From the NCBI GenBank assembly GCA_963783575.1, contig CAWAOD010000009.1, positions 1 to 64,000 on the forward strand: a stretch of 64,000 nt of DNA, written 5' to 3'. The notes under the pieces were generated by a model. That model ran no database searches and was not told the DNA's origin. It saw only the letters and a program-made list of their open reading frames with translations. Position numbers and translations under genes: made by a program. The DNA comes from an uncultured Spirochaetota bacterium (GTDB lineage Bacteria; Spirochaetota; Brevinematia; Brevinematales; JAOACQ01). Shown in pieces: positions 42,835 through 53,245 of this stretch (its first letter is position 1; each line of letters begins with the position of its first letter).

Positions 42835-43848
42835 ATGAAACTGCTAATAGTTGATGATTCGGCCCTGGTTCGAAATATAGTAAAAGATGTTATCAAAGAT
42901 AGTAAAGAGATCATTCTTGTCGGAGAAGCTACAAACGGCGAAGAAGCAGTTAAAAAAAACAGGGAATTGTCACCGGATTTAATAGTAATGGATATTGATA
43001 TGCCGATTATGAATGGGCTGGAAGCGACAAAAAAAATAATGAAAGAAAAGCCTGTCCCTATTATGATTTTTTCAAGAAATACTGACACAATCAATAATTT
43101 TAACTCAATGAAGTACGGCGCCGTTGACTGTATGCAGAAACCTGAATTCAGTTTTTTTAATGACCAGCAATATCATAAAGATTTTATCAACAAATTGATT
43201 ACACTGGCAAAAATAAAAGTAAGGCGTGATATTCCGAAAGTTTCAGAAGATCTGCAGATATCTCAAGAACCGGGTATTTTTGTTAAGATGATTGTTATGG
43301 GAGCCTCTACGGGAGGGCCAACCGCCGTTGCAAAGGTCTTAAGCGGATTACCCGAAGATTTGCCGGTGGGAATCGCCCTGGTTCAGCATATAGAAACCGG
43401 CTTTGATGAAGGATACGCCCAATGGCTTGCTTCCGAATCAAAATTAAAAGTAAGACTGGCAAAAGACCGTGATTCTCCTGAAGCCGGGGAAGTGCTAGTA
43501 GCGCCGACTGATAAGCATCTTGTTTTTAAGAATAAATTATTGCATCTCGAAGACGGAGCCAAGGTGCTCAATCAAAAACCAAGCGTTGATGTTTTATTCG
43601 AATCCGCCGCCAACTGTTTTGGAAGCGAGTTAGTCGGTGTTTTATTGACCGGGATGGGATCCGACGGCGCTAATGGCTGCGTTAAAATTAAGAAGAGTGG
43701 CGGTTATACGATTGTCCAGGATGAAAGCTCATCAATGATCTTCGGTATGCCGAAAGTCGCAATTGAAAAAGGCGGAGCTTCTATAGTTGTCCCGCTTAAT
43801 GATATTTCAACCCTGCTTATAAACCTGGTTTTAATGAAAAGACAATGA
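42835..43848 (+). CDS. cheB: Chemotaxis methylesterase CheB
   Basis: REC plus GASTGGP, VQHI, KPSVDVLF, LTGMGSDG. Confidence 0.96.
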   Translation: MKLLIVDDSALVRNIVKDVIKDSKEIILVGEATNGEEAVKKNRELSPDLIVMDIDMPIMNGLEATKKIMKEKPVPIMIFSRNTDTINNFNSMKYGAVDCMQKPEFSFFNDQQYHKDFINKLITLAKIKVRRDIPKVSEDLQISQEPGIFVKMIVMGASTGGPTAVAKVLSGLPEDLPVGIALVQHIETGFDEGYAQWLASESKLKVRLAKDRDSPEAGEVLVAPTDKHLVFKNKLLHLEDGAKVLNQKPSVDVLFESAANCFGSELVGVLLTGMGSDGANGCVKIKKSGGYTIVQDESSSMIFGMPKVAIEKGGASIVVPLNDISTLLINLVLMKRQ

Positions 43849-43855
43849 ATAGGTT

Positions 43856-45313
43856 GTGTATGAGGGAATAATGAAAGAAAATCATATTATCCATCATCAG
43901 CAATATCAAAAAATATTGAATTTGATTGAATCGCGGCAGGGAACCGTTTTTCCGGAATCTCACGGCGATATAATCCTGAATGCCATAAATGAAAGAGCGG
44001 ACGTTCTTCAAATAAGTCCTGATTATTATTTTTCGGTCCTTTGCACGGAGCCGGAAGAATTAAAAATTTTCTTCAATCTTATTTCGATCAATGAAACTTA
44101 TTTTTTCAGGGAAGAAAAACATTTTAATATTTTAAAAGACTCAATACTGCCTGTTATCAGAGAAAAAAAAGAAACTGTCAATTTATGGTCTGTCACCTGC
44201 TCTACGGGTGAAGAGGCTTTATCTTTGGCGATGATTACGGAAGAATTTTATAATATTGAAAAAAACAAAAATTTTCGGGTCTATGCCACAGATATTAACA
44301 CAAATTCATTAAGCGTTCTAAAATCCGGAAAATATGCTAAAAATTCCTTCAGAAAAGACGGATCTTCATTCAGCGGTTTATTCCAAAAATATGGCTATAA
44401 TGAAGACAATTTCTGGACAGCCGGTCAAGAAATAATGGGAAAAATCGAAATTATACCCTGCAATCTTTTGCAAAATAATATTGATTTTATTCCGGATGAA
44501 AGCATTAATATCGCTTTTTTTAGAAACACAATGATCTATATGAAGCAGGAGCAAAAAATCAAGGGGTTAATAGCTATAACAAAAAAAATCATCCCCGGTG
44601 GATTTATTTTCCTTTCATCCTCGGAAATCCCTACAGTGTCACATCCTGAATTGATTATTATTGAAAAAAACGGGATTTATTACTTTCAAAAAAATAAAAA
44701 CCAGGAAGCAATTGAGAAAACAGAAGCAATGTCGGGCAGTGAACAAAAGAATAATCTGCAAAACTCCGGCCCGGTTATTCCGGTTTCCACAAGAGATTCA
44801 ATCAGCCTGGATAAGATTATAGAATTATGCTGTCAATACGGACATAAAGATAAGGCTGAAAATGAACAAAAACAAAATACAGATAGAAATCTTGAAATCA
44901 GCAAACAAATCTTAAGATCCGTTTCCATAATCAGCCACAATGAATTCGAAAAAGCAAAAAAATTGCTGTGGAAAATTGAAGATGAAATATCTCAAAACCA
45001 TATCACTCAATATCTTTTGGGATTAATAGAGATATTGGGCGGTAACAGCCGCAAAGCGGCAATTTACTTTGAAAAATCCATATCTTTAAACGGCCTGTTA
45101 TGGCTGCCGCATTTCTATCTGGCAGGCGTTCTAAAAGATATAAAACCTCAAAAAGCCTTAATGGAATATAGTATCTGCAGGGACTTGATAGTTCAGGCCG
45201 GGAAAAGCCGTCAGAATTTTTTGAAATATAATTTTTTAATAGAAAATTTTGATGAAATGTACTTTTACAAAATGTGTGAAAAATGGATTAATAAATTAAG
45301 TTTACAAAGGTAA
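43856..45313 (+). CDS. cheR: CheR methyltransferase with C-terminal TPR-like region
   Basis: INETYFFRE, CSTGEE, ATDI, FRNTMIY. Confidence 0.92.
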   Translation: MYEGIMKENHIIHHQQYQKILNLIESRQGTVFPESHGDIILNAINERADVLQISPDYYFSVLCTEPEELKIFFNLISINETYFFREEKHFNILKDSILPVIREKKETVNLWSVTCSTGEEALSLAMITEEFYNIEKNKNFRVYATDINTNSLSVLKSGKYAKNSFRKDGSSFSGLFQKYGYNEDNFWTAGQEIMGKIEIIPCNLLQNNIDFIPDESINIAFFRNTMIYMKQEQKIKGLIAITKKIIPGGFIFLSSSEIPTVSHPELIIIEKNGIYYFQKNKNQEAIEKTEAMSGSEQKNNLQNSGPVIPVSTRDSISLDKIIELCCQYGHKDKAENEQKQNTDRNLEISKQILRSVSIISHNEFEKAKKLLWKIEDEISQNHITQYLLGLIEILGGNSRKAAIYFEKSISLNGLLWLPHFYLAGVLKDIKPQKALMEYSICRDLIVQAGKSRQNFLKYNFLIENFDEMYFYKMCEKWINKLSLQR

Positions 45314-45327
45314 TAACGAGGTATAAT

Positions 45328-47559
45328 ATGGCCATATCAAAGAGCAAGTTTATTAATAAATTTCTAGATGAATTAAAAGAAAATACTCAATCGCTGGAAA
45401 ACGGAATAATCAGTTTAAAAAAGAATCCAGATGACTCTGAGGAGATTAACAATCTATTAAGGGCTTTACATACAATAAAAGGTTCCTCCCGGATGATGAA
45501 TTTTCCAAATCTGGAAAAGATAGCTCATGCGCTTGAAAATATAATTAAAGGGTTAAAAGAAAAACGTTTCCTGATTAACAATAACCTTGTGCAATGGATC
45601 TTTATATCCGGGGATATCCTGAGAATTATTGGAAATCAAATTAAGGAAACTGAGGAAGACGAATTTCAACATACCGAAAAAATAGTAGAAATTTGCGAAA
45701 AAATATGCGCTAACGAACCGTATAATTTTGATGAAATTAAAATTGAGCTGGATGCGATTAAAAATCAAAAACAAATGATGATTCCCGCCGAAAAAACTTT
45801 AGAAACAGAAAAAGTTTCAATATCAAATCAAGGCCGGGGAAATGAGCCTCAGCCGCGCGTTGACGGAAGTACTTTAGGTGACAGTACAATAAGAATAGAA
45901 GTGAATCAGATTGATACAATAATTCAGCTGGCGAACACCCTGTCAATAAAACAGCTTCATTTGAGAAAAAATTATGACATGATCAATACTATTGAGGAAA
46001 TGTCCCAGGAATTGATCGGGCTCTATTCTCAAAACCCAAAAGAGTATCAAATAAAGGCCAAAGAATTTCTTAAAGAAATCAAGAAGAGTAAAATGGATTT
46101 CCTGGAAAACGCCGGTGAAATTGAAAGTAATGTTATTGATCTTCAGGAAAATATTGTGAATCTGAGAATGCTTCCGATCGAAATCATACTGGGATCATTA
46201 CCGAAGATGGTCGAAGAAACCGCAATTTCTCTATCAAAAGATATTGATTTAAAAATCTCAAAAATGAATATTAAGCTGGATAAGGTGATTCTTGAAAAAA
46301 TCAATGACCCTATTCTGCACCTCCTTCGTAATTCCATTGATCATGGCATTGAACCGCCCGAGGAAAGAGAAAAAAAAGGCAAACCCGGAAAGGGTACGAT
46401 TGAGATAAACTGCTTTTCGGAAGGGGGGCATATCATAATCCAGTTAAAGGATGACGGAAGAGGATTCGATTATGATAAAATTAGACAAAAGGCAATAGAA
46501 AATTTTCCCATGCAGGAAGAGGAAATTAAAAACTGCAAAGATTCGGATTTGATTCGCTTTTTATTTATGCCGAATTTTTCCACAAAGGATAACGTAACCG
46601 AATTATCCGGCAGAGGAATAGGCCTGGATATAGTTAAGCTGAATATTGAAAAAGTTAAGGGTAAAATCCTTCTGGAAAGCGAAAAGGACAAAGGGACATG
46701 CTTCACCCTTGTTTTGCCTCATTCTCTTGCGACAATTGACGGCCTTTTAGTCTTATCCGCAGGGAAAAAATTTTTGATCCCTTCGAACTTTATAAAAGAA
46801 ACTTTTCTGATAAACCAGGATGATAAAGTAAATATTAACAACAGAGAAATGTTTAGATTAAGGGAAAATCTTATCCCTCTTTATGATTTATCTTCATTAT
46901 TGCAGTTACCGATGGAAGAGGAAGAAAGCAGCGATTTTGTTATTGTAATAGGCGGCATACGTGATAATATCGGCATAAAAGTCAATCTGATTCTGGGCTA
47001 TTACGATGCTCTGGTATCAAAGCCTCTGCCGAAGAATCTTCAGAAACTTAATTATTTACAGGGCGTTGTTTTTGATGAAAACTTCAACCTGATATCGATC
47101 CTTCATATAACGTCATTAATCGATAAGTTCAACTCCCTCAAAGATATAGACATAAAGAAAAGAGTGGTGGAAAGGAAACATGAGGATAAAACCATTCTTG
47201 TTGTCGATGATTCAATTAATACGCTGGAAATTGAGAAATCGATGCTGGAGCTGGAGGATTACAAAGTATTAACAGCCTCGGACGGAATTGAGGGACTGGA
47301 AAGGCTGCGCCAGCAGAATGTTGATTTGATAATAACGGATATCAATATGCCTCGTATGGACGGATTTACCTTTATCGAAAACCTGAAAAAAATAACCGAT
47401 TACAGAAATATCCCAATAATTATCGTCTCTACATATAATAATGAAGAATATAAGCAGAAAGGCAGACCTTTAGGTGTTGAAGGATATATCATAAAATCGA
47501 GTTTTGACCAAAATAACCTTATTTCAACGGTCCAGAAATTAATAGGTAAAGCGAGGTGA
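45328..47559 (+). CDS. cheA: Hybrid CheA-REC kinase
   Basis: LHTIKGSS, HLLRNSIDHGIE, SGRGIGLDIV, CheW domain, C-terminal REC. Confidence 0.95.
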   Translation: MAISKSKFINKFLDELKENTQSLENGIISLKKNPDDSEEINNLLRALHTIKGSSRMMNFPNLEKIAHALENIIKGLKEKRFLINNNLVQWIFISGDILRIIGNQIKETEEDEFQHTEKIVEICEKICANEPYNFDEIKIELDAIKNQKQMMIPAEKTLETEKVSISNQGRGNEPQPRVDGSTLGDSTIRIEVNQIDTIIQLANTLSIKQLHLRKNYDMINTIEEMSQELIGLYSQNPKEYQIKAKEFLKEIKKSKMDFLENAGEIESNVIDLQENIVNLRMLPIEIILGSLPKMVEETAISLSKDIDLKISKMNIKLDKVILEKINDPILHLLRNSIDHGIEPPEEREKKGKPGKGTIEINCFSEGGHIIIQLKDDGRGFDYDKIRQKAIENFPMQEEEIKNCKDSDLIRFLFMPNFSTKDNVTELSGRGIGLDIVKLNIEKVKGKILLESEKDKGTCFTLVLPHSLATIDGLLVLSAGKKFLIPSNFIKETFLINQDDKVNINNREMFRLRENLIPLYDLSSLLQLPMEEEESSDFVIVIGGIRDNIGIKVNLILGYYDALVSKPLPKNLQKLNYLQGVVFDENFNLISILHITSLIDKFNSLKDIDIKKRVVERKHEDKTILVVDDSINTLEIEKSMLELEDYKVLTASDGIEGLERLRQQNVDLIITDINMPRMDGFTFIENLKKITDYRNIPIIIVSTYNNEEYKQKGRPLGVEGYIIKSSFDQNNLISTVQKLIGKAR

Positions 47560-47566
47560 TTATATA

Positions 47567-49420
47567 ATGGGAAAAAAAATCCTTTTGGTGGATGATTCGG
47601 ACGTAGTTGCAGGAATAATGACTGAAACACTGAACGAAGAAGGTTTTGAGATTATCAGGGCTGTAAATGGAGTCGATGGAATCATAAAAGTATATAATGA
47701 GATTCCTGATTTAATTATTACCGATGTGGAAATGCCGCTTTTAAAGGGCTATCAGGCAAGCCGTCTTTTAAAAAACAGAAGAGGTGTAAAAGATATACCT
47801 ATCATCATGCACACGTCTCTTTCCGAGGATAAAGACCAGTTTTGGGGAATTTCCGCTGGAGCGGACGATTATGTTGTAAAGGATTTCAACCATCTGGATA
47901 TAATAATCGCAAAATCTAAAGAACTAAGCAATCATCCTCCTTACCAAATTGAAATGATTAAAGAAGATGCTCCAAAGATAAATCAGAATTCAATCTTTGA
48001 AATGCTAAGCAATCTTCTGGACACTCAGCTCTTTCAGTCAATAATTTTAAATGAACTTGCGGATATCGGGAAAAATATAGAATCTTTGAAGGATACCGTC
48101 TATGAAATTATGAAGCTTCTCGATAAAGTGTGCGAACACCACATAATAGTAATGTTCTTAATAAACAATAAAAACTTTGTTCCATTTATACTGCCTTCCT
48201 TAAACTTGTTTGAACATGATGTAGAAGATTTTTATAAAATATGTCTGGGTGACTTCTATCATTTTTTTGATAAAAAAGCTGTTAGTGAAGAAAAGGAAAC
48301 GATATTCGGTATCAATGGCCGGAAAGATTATCATAAAATCAGGCTTGATCAGAATAAAATCAGTTCTTATACCTGCCTTGAATTAAAGGGAAAAGGCAGC
48401 GTAAATATCGGAACAATTCACATAGGTCATTTTAATAATAACTATTTTTCGGAATCAATCCTTGCGAATCTCTCGGTTTTTACCAAGGGGGCTGGCATCA
48501 TCCTTGAAAATTCACTGCTATTACAGCAGATAACATCAATGGAAAAGAACATCCGAAGTGTTTTTTCAAAATTTGTGCCTGCTGATATCATAGACGACCT
48601 TGTAAAAAGAAAATCCACATCCTCTCTGCTGATGGGAGAAAAAAGAAATGTCGCCGTTTTATTTTCTGATATCCGTTCTTTTACCAGTATTTCGGAATAT
48701 AACAAACCGGAGGATGTAGTAGCCTTTTTAAACATCTATTTTGAAATTATGTGCAAAATAATTGTCAGGAACGGCGGAACCATTGATAAATTCATCGGCG
48801 ACGCAATACTTGCAGTTTTCGGAGCGCCGAAAAGCTATGAAGACAATGATTACAGGGCTGTGAAGTCCGCAGTAGAAATGATTCAATCGATAAAAAAAGT
48901 CGTATACCCGAAAGTCAAACTTCCCCCTAACGGCTTTGAAATAGGAGTCGGAATTAACGGAGGCGATGCTATTGTCGGAAACATCGGGTCAAGGGATAAA
49001 TTCGATTATACCGTAATCGGGGATACCGTAAATCTGGCATCACGCCTGGAAGGATTAACAAAACATTATAAACAAAAAATAATAATTTCCGATACTGTTA
49101 TGGAAAAAGTTAAAGGGCTTGTCTTGACGAGAGAAATCGATACCGTAAAAGTCAAGGGAAAGGATGAATCCACAACAATTTATTCTGTGGAAACCGAAAA
49201 CAATCCGGCGGTTAATGAAGACGCTCTTAAAAATTACTCAAAAGGTTTATCAATGTATAAAATCAAAAACTGGAAAACCGCGATTGAATATTTTCAGGAG
49301 ACATTGTCAAAAAAGCCTGATGATAGTATTTCCAGAATATACATCGAACGCTGCGAAGGTTATTTGAAAAACCCGCCTCCCGCCGATTGGGACGGGATAG
49401 AAGTTCTGGATTTTAAATAA
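47567..49420 (+). CDS. REC - linker - class III adenylate cyclase - TPR-like tail
   Basis: REC; FSDIRSFT, DKFIGDA, DYTVIGDTVNLASRLE (K/D adenine-type residues). Confidence 0.93.
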   Translation: MGKKILLVDDSDVVAGIMTETLNEEGFEIIRAVNGVDGIIKVYNEIPDLIITDVEMPLLKGYQASRLLKNRRGVKDIPIIMHTSLSEDKDQFWGISAGADDYVVKDFNHLDIIIAKSKELSNHPPYQIEMIKEDAPKINQNSIFEMLSNLLDTQLFQSIILNELADIGKNIESLKDTVYEIMKLLDKVCEHHIIVMFLINNKNFVPFILPSLNLFEHDVEDFYKICLGDFYHFFDKKAVSEEKETIFGINGRKDYHKIRLDQNKISSYTCLELKGKGSVNIGTIHIGHFNNNYFSESILANLSVFTKGAGIILENSLLLQQITSMEKNIRSVFSKFVPADIIDDLVKRKSTSSLLMGEKRNVAVLFSDIRSFTSISEYNKPEDVVAFLNIYFEIMCKIIVRNGGTIDKFIGDAILAVFGAPKSYEDNDYRAVKSAVEMIQSIKKVVYPKVKLPPNGFEIGVGINGGDAIVGNIGSRDKFDYTVIGDTVNLASRLEGLTKHYKQKIIISDTVMEKVKGLVLTREIDTVKVKGKDESTTIYSVETENNPAVNEDALKNYSKGLSMYKIKNWKTAIEYFQETLSKKPDDSISRIYIERCEGYLKNPPPADWDGIEVLDFK

Positions 49421-49511
49421 TTAACCGGTCGAGTAGAAGAATAAGCGATGGAATTTAGATTGATAAAAATATTTTCTCCATTTACTCTCATTTGTTAACG
49501 AATATTAGGGT

Positions 49512-49783
49512 GAGAATATAAAGCTGTTTCAAGCTTTGGATTTCATTGCGGAATTGACTCAACATATCCCGCCGAATGGAAAGCAGGAAAAATGATGCGG
49601 AAGGTAAACTGGAGAAATTCAAGGCGGCGGATACAGCTCAAGATGTTCCCGTGGAAGAAAAAAGCCCGGAAGATACCAAAGCCGAAAAGAAAAATTCGAA
49701 TCAGACATGGGCCAAACTTATACAAAAGTCTTTGAAGCCTGTGGTGAGCTTGCCGAACCATCGATCCTATGATTTGCCCGAAG
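49512..49783 (+). mobile_element. IS91-family (Y2 rolling-circle) transposase remnant
   Basis: ENIKLFQALDFIAELTQHIPP and WAKLIQK-VFE(V)-DPMICPK, the latter interrupted by a 23-nt REP-like insert. Confidence 0.75.
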
Positions 49784-49795
49784 CTTGCACTGAGC

Positions 49796-49939
49796 TGGCC
49801 TGCCGACGCCGGGATCTCCGGCAGGTAGACAGCAGACAGGTCGAATGTGTGAGTTTTGGATTGCATTTTTTTTGTTTTTTTTGATTATTTTATTGCAATT
49901 TTTTATTCAGTTAATTACAATTCTTCCTATCAGTCAGTT
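49796..49939 (+). repeat. 144-bp element end with promoter and oriIS-like motif, copy 1
   Basis: Near-identical to 53082-53225; TTGCAA(49893)-17-TACAAT, then TCTTCCTATCAGTCAG. Confidence 0.85.
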
Positions 49940-49978
49940 TGATTAATATCTCTAAAAAAGTATTTTTGGAGGGTATTT

Positions 49979-51643
49979 ATGTTAATAAAATTATGTGAAT
50001 TAGTTTTTCCAGTTGCCTTCATTATTCTGCTCGTTTGCTGCAGTATGTCGCCTTCATCTCCCTCATCGGGGAGTAGCTCGTCATCCGGCGACACAAATAT
50101 ATCGGCCCTCATAAACAGCGTGCCCGAATTTTCGCTTAGCACCCCTGCTACAAACATCTCAACCAACACTAATATCGGATGCAGCACCAATACTACGACA
50201 AACGGCACCGCCATAGCGGACACACTATGGGTTACCAACGCCGTGAATTACAGCCTGTCGGCTGACCCGAGCACTTTCGTCCTCTTCAACCCCCTGGCCA
50301 GCGTCTTATGGCCCGGCGACCTTGTCCAGGGCAATTCGCTTTCCGCCGTCCCCAACCCCGTGCCTGTGACAAACAGGGCGCCGATGACAGTCACCCTGGC
50401 GATAGTAGGCGGCGGATCCAACACCTATTCACGAACCGTTATCCCGACACTGGCTTCGATCAACCAGGCAGAAAATGATATTCTGGCTTCATATGGCGGA
50501 GGTACACCCGCGAACATCTCGTTCAGCGTCAGCCAGGTCTATAACGCGAGCAGCCTGAACTTTATGCTCGGCGGGGCTTACAGCGGCGGGACTTATTCCC
50601 TGGCCGCCCAGTTCAATATCGACTGGAGTGCGGTTTCCCAGGTGGTAGTCGTTAAATTGTCCCAGAACTTCTTCACCATGGCCGTCACTCCCCCGCAAGG
50701 TATCGGGGGCTGCTTCGGGCCTGGCACCACCGTTGCCGAGATCAGCCCATATACCGGGCCAGGCAACCCCATGTGCTATATTGACAGCGTCACCTATGGA
50801 AGACTTTTCTATCTTATCTATACGACTTCCTCTACATCTCTTAACCTTGCCGACGCCATCGGCTTCGGATATAACGGCGGGGTCGTAACAGGTTCAGTCA
50901 CCAATAACACACAGTTCAATAGCGCCATGAGCAACGTCAATGTCCAATTCTACGCCATGGGCGGGGATTCCTCGCTCGGGTTCAGTGTCGCACAGGCCAA
51001 ATCCATAAGCGGGATTTTAAGCATCCTCGGCAACAATGTCACTTTTTCTTCAAACAACGTCGGGGTGCCGGTCTCGTACACCGTCCGCTACCTTAAGGAC
51101 AACAGCCTTGTAGCCATGAACAGCACTACGAGCTATACTGTCAATCAGGCTACCCCGTACTCTCTTGGCAATTCGTATACAATGTCCGGCTTTGAAGTGC
51201 AATTTGTATCGACATACGCCACAGATGGATGGCTTAACGGCGATTTCCTGTGCCATCTGAGACTGGTAACAAACGGCGTGTTATTACCGAATCAGGCAAC
51301 CGGTGCGACCGGCAATATGGATTATTGGGTTGATGGATGGTATAGTGACAAACAGACAAAAGATGTTTCGTCGCCTTTTCAGACCACTGTTTATTTAAGG
51401 AATGACGGGAATGATACTTTGTCATTTCTAGCAAGTTTCATGGATTATGCTGGCGGCGATGCACCAACTGTAGAGTATGACTTTAAATATGACGCTACAA
51501 GACAAGCGTGGTACTGTGATAAAGACGGTGGTCTAGCAATAGTACCTAACGCTCCCCTGAACGTGGGAATTAAGGCATCTTGGTCTGGATTCGCAGGTGT
51601 TATTGATGGGTTTTCATTCAATTGTAGTATTACCCCCCAGTAA
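49979..51643 (+). CDS. Thiol-activated cytolysin family (CDC-like) lipoprotein
   Basis: LLVCC lipobox; LWPGDLVQG, QNFFTM, YIDSVTYGRLFY, GVPVSYTVRYLKDNS; no undecapeptide. Confidence 0.85.
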   Translation: MLIKLCELVFPVAFIILLVCCSMSPSSPSSGSSSSSGDTNISALINSVPEFSLSTPATNISTNTNIGCSTNTTTNGTAIADTLWVTNAVNYSLSADPSTFVLFNPLASVLWPGDLVQGNSLSAVPNPVPVTNRAPMTVTLAIVGGGSNTYSRTVIPTLASINQAENDILASYGGGTPANISFSVSQVYNASSLNFMLGGAYSGGTYSLAAQFNIDWSAVSQVVVVKLSQNFFTMAVTPPQGIGGCFGPGTTVAEISPYTGPGNPMCYIDSVTYGRLFYLIYTTSSTSLNLADAIGFGYNGGVVTGSVTNNTQFNSAMSNVNVQFYAMGGDSSLGFSVAQAKSISGILSILGNNVTFSSNNVGVPVSYTVRYLKDNSLVAMNSTTSYTVNQATPYSLGNSYTMSGFEVQFVSTYATDGWLNGDFLCHLRLVTNGVLLPNQATGATGNMDYWVDGWYSDKQTKDVSSPFQTTVYLRNDGNDTLSFLASFMDYAGGDAPTVEYDFKYDATRQAWYCDKDGGLAIVPNAPLNVGIKASWSGFAGVIDGFSFNCSITPQ

Positions 51644-51727
51644 CGATAGGTTATCGAGCATCTTCAGGGAGTAAGAGTTGGGATTATAACTTTGTTTGCT
51701 TCAGATAAATTTTCAAACTCAATTTAT

Positions 51728-53058
51728 AGGATACAGTTTATGAAATTATGAAGCTTCTCGATAAAGTGTGCGAACACCACATAATAGTAATGTTCTTAAT
51801 AAACAATAAAAACTTTATTCCATTTATACTGCCTTCCTTAAACTTGTTTGAACATGATGTAGAAGATTTTTATAAAATATGTCTGGGTGACTTCTATCAT
51901 TTTTTTGATAAAAAAGCTGTTAGTGAAGAAAAGGAAACGATATTCGGTATCAATGGCCGGAAAGATTATCATAAAATCAGGCTTGATCAGAATAAAATCA
52001 GTTCTTATACCTGCCTTGAATTAAAGGGAAAAGGCAGCGTAAATATCGGAACAATTCACATAGGTCATTTTAATAATAACTATTTTTCGGAATCAATCCT
52101 TGCGAATCTCTCGGTTTTTACCAAGGGGGCTGGCATCATCCTTGAAAATTCACTGCTATTACAGCAGATAACATCAATGGAAAAGAACATCCGAAGTGTT
52201 TTTTCAAAATTTGTGCCTGCTGATATCATAGACGACCTTGTAAAAAGAAAATCCACATCCTCTCTGCTGATGGGAGAAAAAAGAAATGTCGCCGTTTTAT
52301 TTTCTGATATCCGTTCTTTTACCAGTATTTCGGAATATAACAAACCGGAGGATGTCGTCGCTTTTTTAAACATCTATTTTGAAATTATGTGCAAAATTAT
52401 TCTAAAAAACGGCGGGACAATTGATAAATTCATAGGCGATGCAATACTCGCAGTTTTCGGGGCTCCGAAAAGCTATGAAGACAATGATTACAGGGCTGTA
52501 AAATCCGCTATTGAAATGATTAAATCAGTAAAAGAGGTTTCTTACTCTAAAATAAAACTTCCGCCGAACGGTTTCGGAATAGGAGTCGGAATTAACGGAG
52601 GCGATGCTATTGTCGGTAACATCGGGTCAAGGGATAAATTTGATTATACGGTAATCGGGGACACCGTAAATCTGGCCTCGCGCCTGGAAGGATTGACCAA
52701 ACATTATAAACAAAAAATTATAATTTCCGATACGGTCATGGAAAAAGTTAAAGGACTTGTTCTGACAAGGGAAATCGATACGGTAAAAGTAAAGGGAAAG
52801 GATGAATCCACGACAATTTATTCTGTGGAACCGGAAAATATTGAGGCTAATTATGAAGAAGCTCTTAAAAATTATTCAAAGGGTTTATCCATGTATAAAA
52901 TTAAAAACTGGAAAACGGCAATTGAATATTTTCAGGAAACACTATCTAAAATACCTGATGACAGTATTTCCAGAATATATATTGAACGCTGCGAAGGTTA
53001 TTTGAAAAACCCGCCTCCCGATGACTGGGACGGGATAGAAGTCCTGGATTTTAAATAA
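51728..53058 (+). repeat. Duplicate of the 3' 1331 bp of the adenylate cyclase gene (ORF 51748-53058, REC missing)
   Basis: Collinear with 48090-49420 at offset 3638. Confidence 0.95.
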
Positions 53059-53081
53059 TTTACCCGCCTGCCTGGCCTGCC

Positions 53082-53225
53082 TGGCCTGCCTACGCCGGGA
53101 TCTCCGGCAGGTAGACAGCAGACAGGTCGAATGTGTGAGTTTTGGATTGCCTTTTTTTTGTTTTTTTTGATTATTTTATTGTAGCTTTTTATTCGGTTTA
53201 TTATAATTCTTCCTATCAGTCAGTT
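53082..53225 (+). repeat. 144-bp element end with promoter and oriIS-like motif, copy 2
   Basis: TTGTAG(53179)-17-TATAAT, then TCTTCCTATCAGTCAG. Confidence 0.85.
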
Positions 53226-53245
53226 ATATTGACAAGGAGAACTTT

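Noticed and set aside
49543..49884. ORFs 49576-49884 (+) and 49543-49866 (-) as real genes
   Set aside because: Chimeras of transposase remnant and REP inserts.
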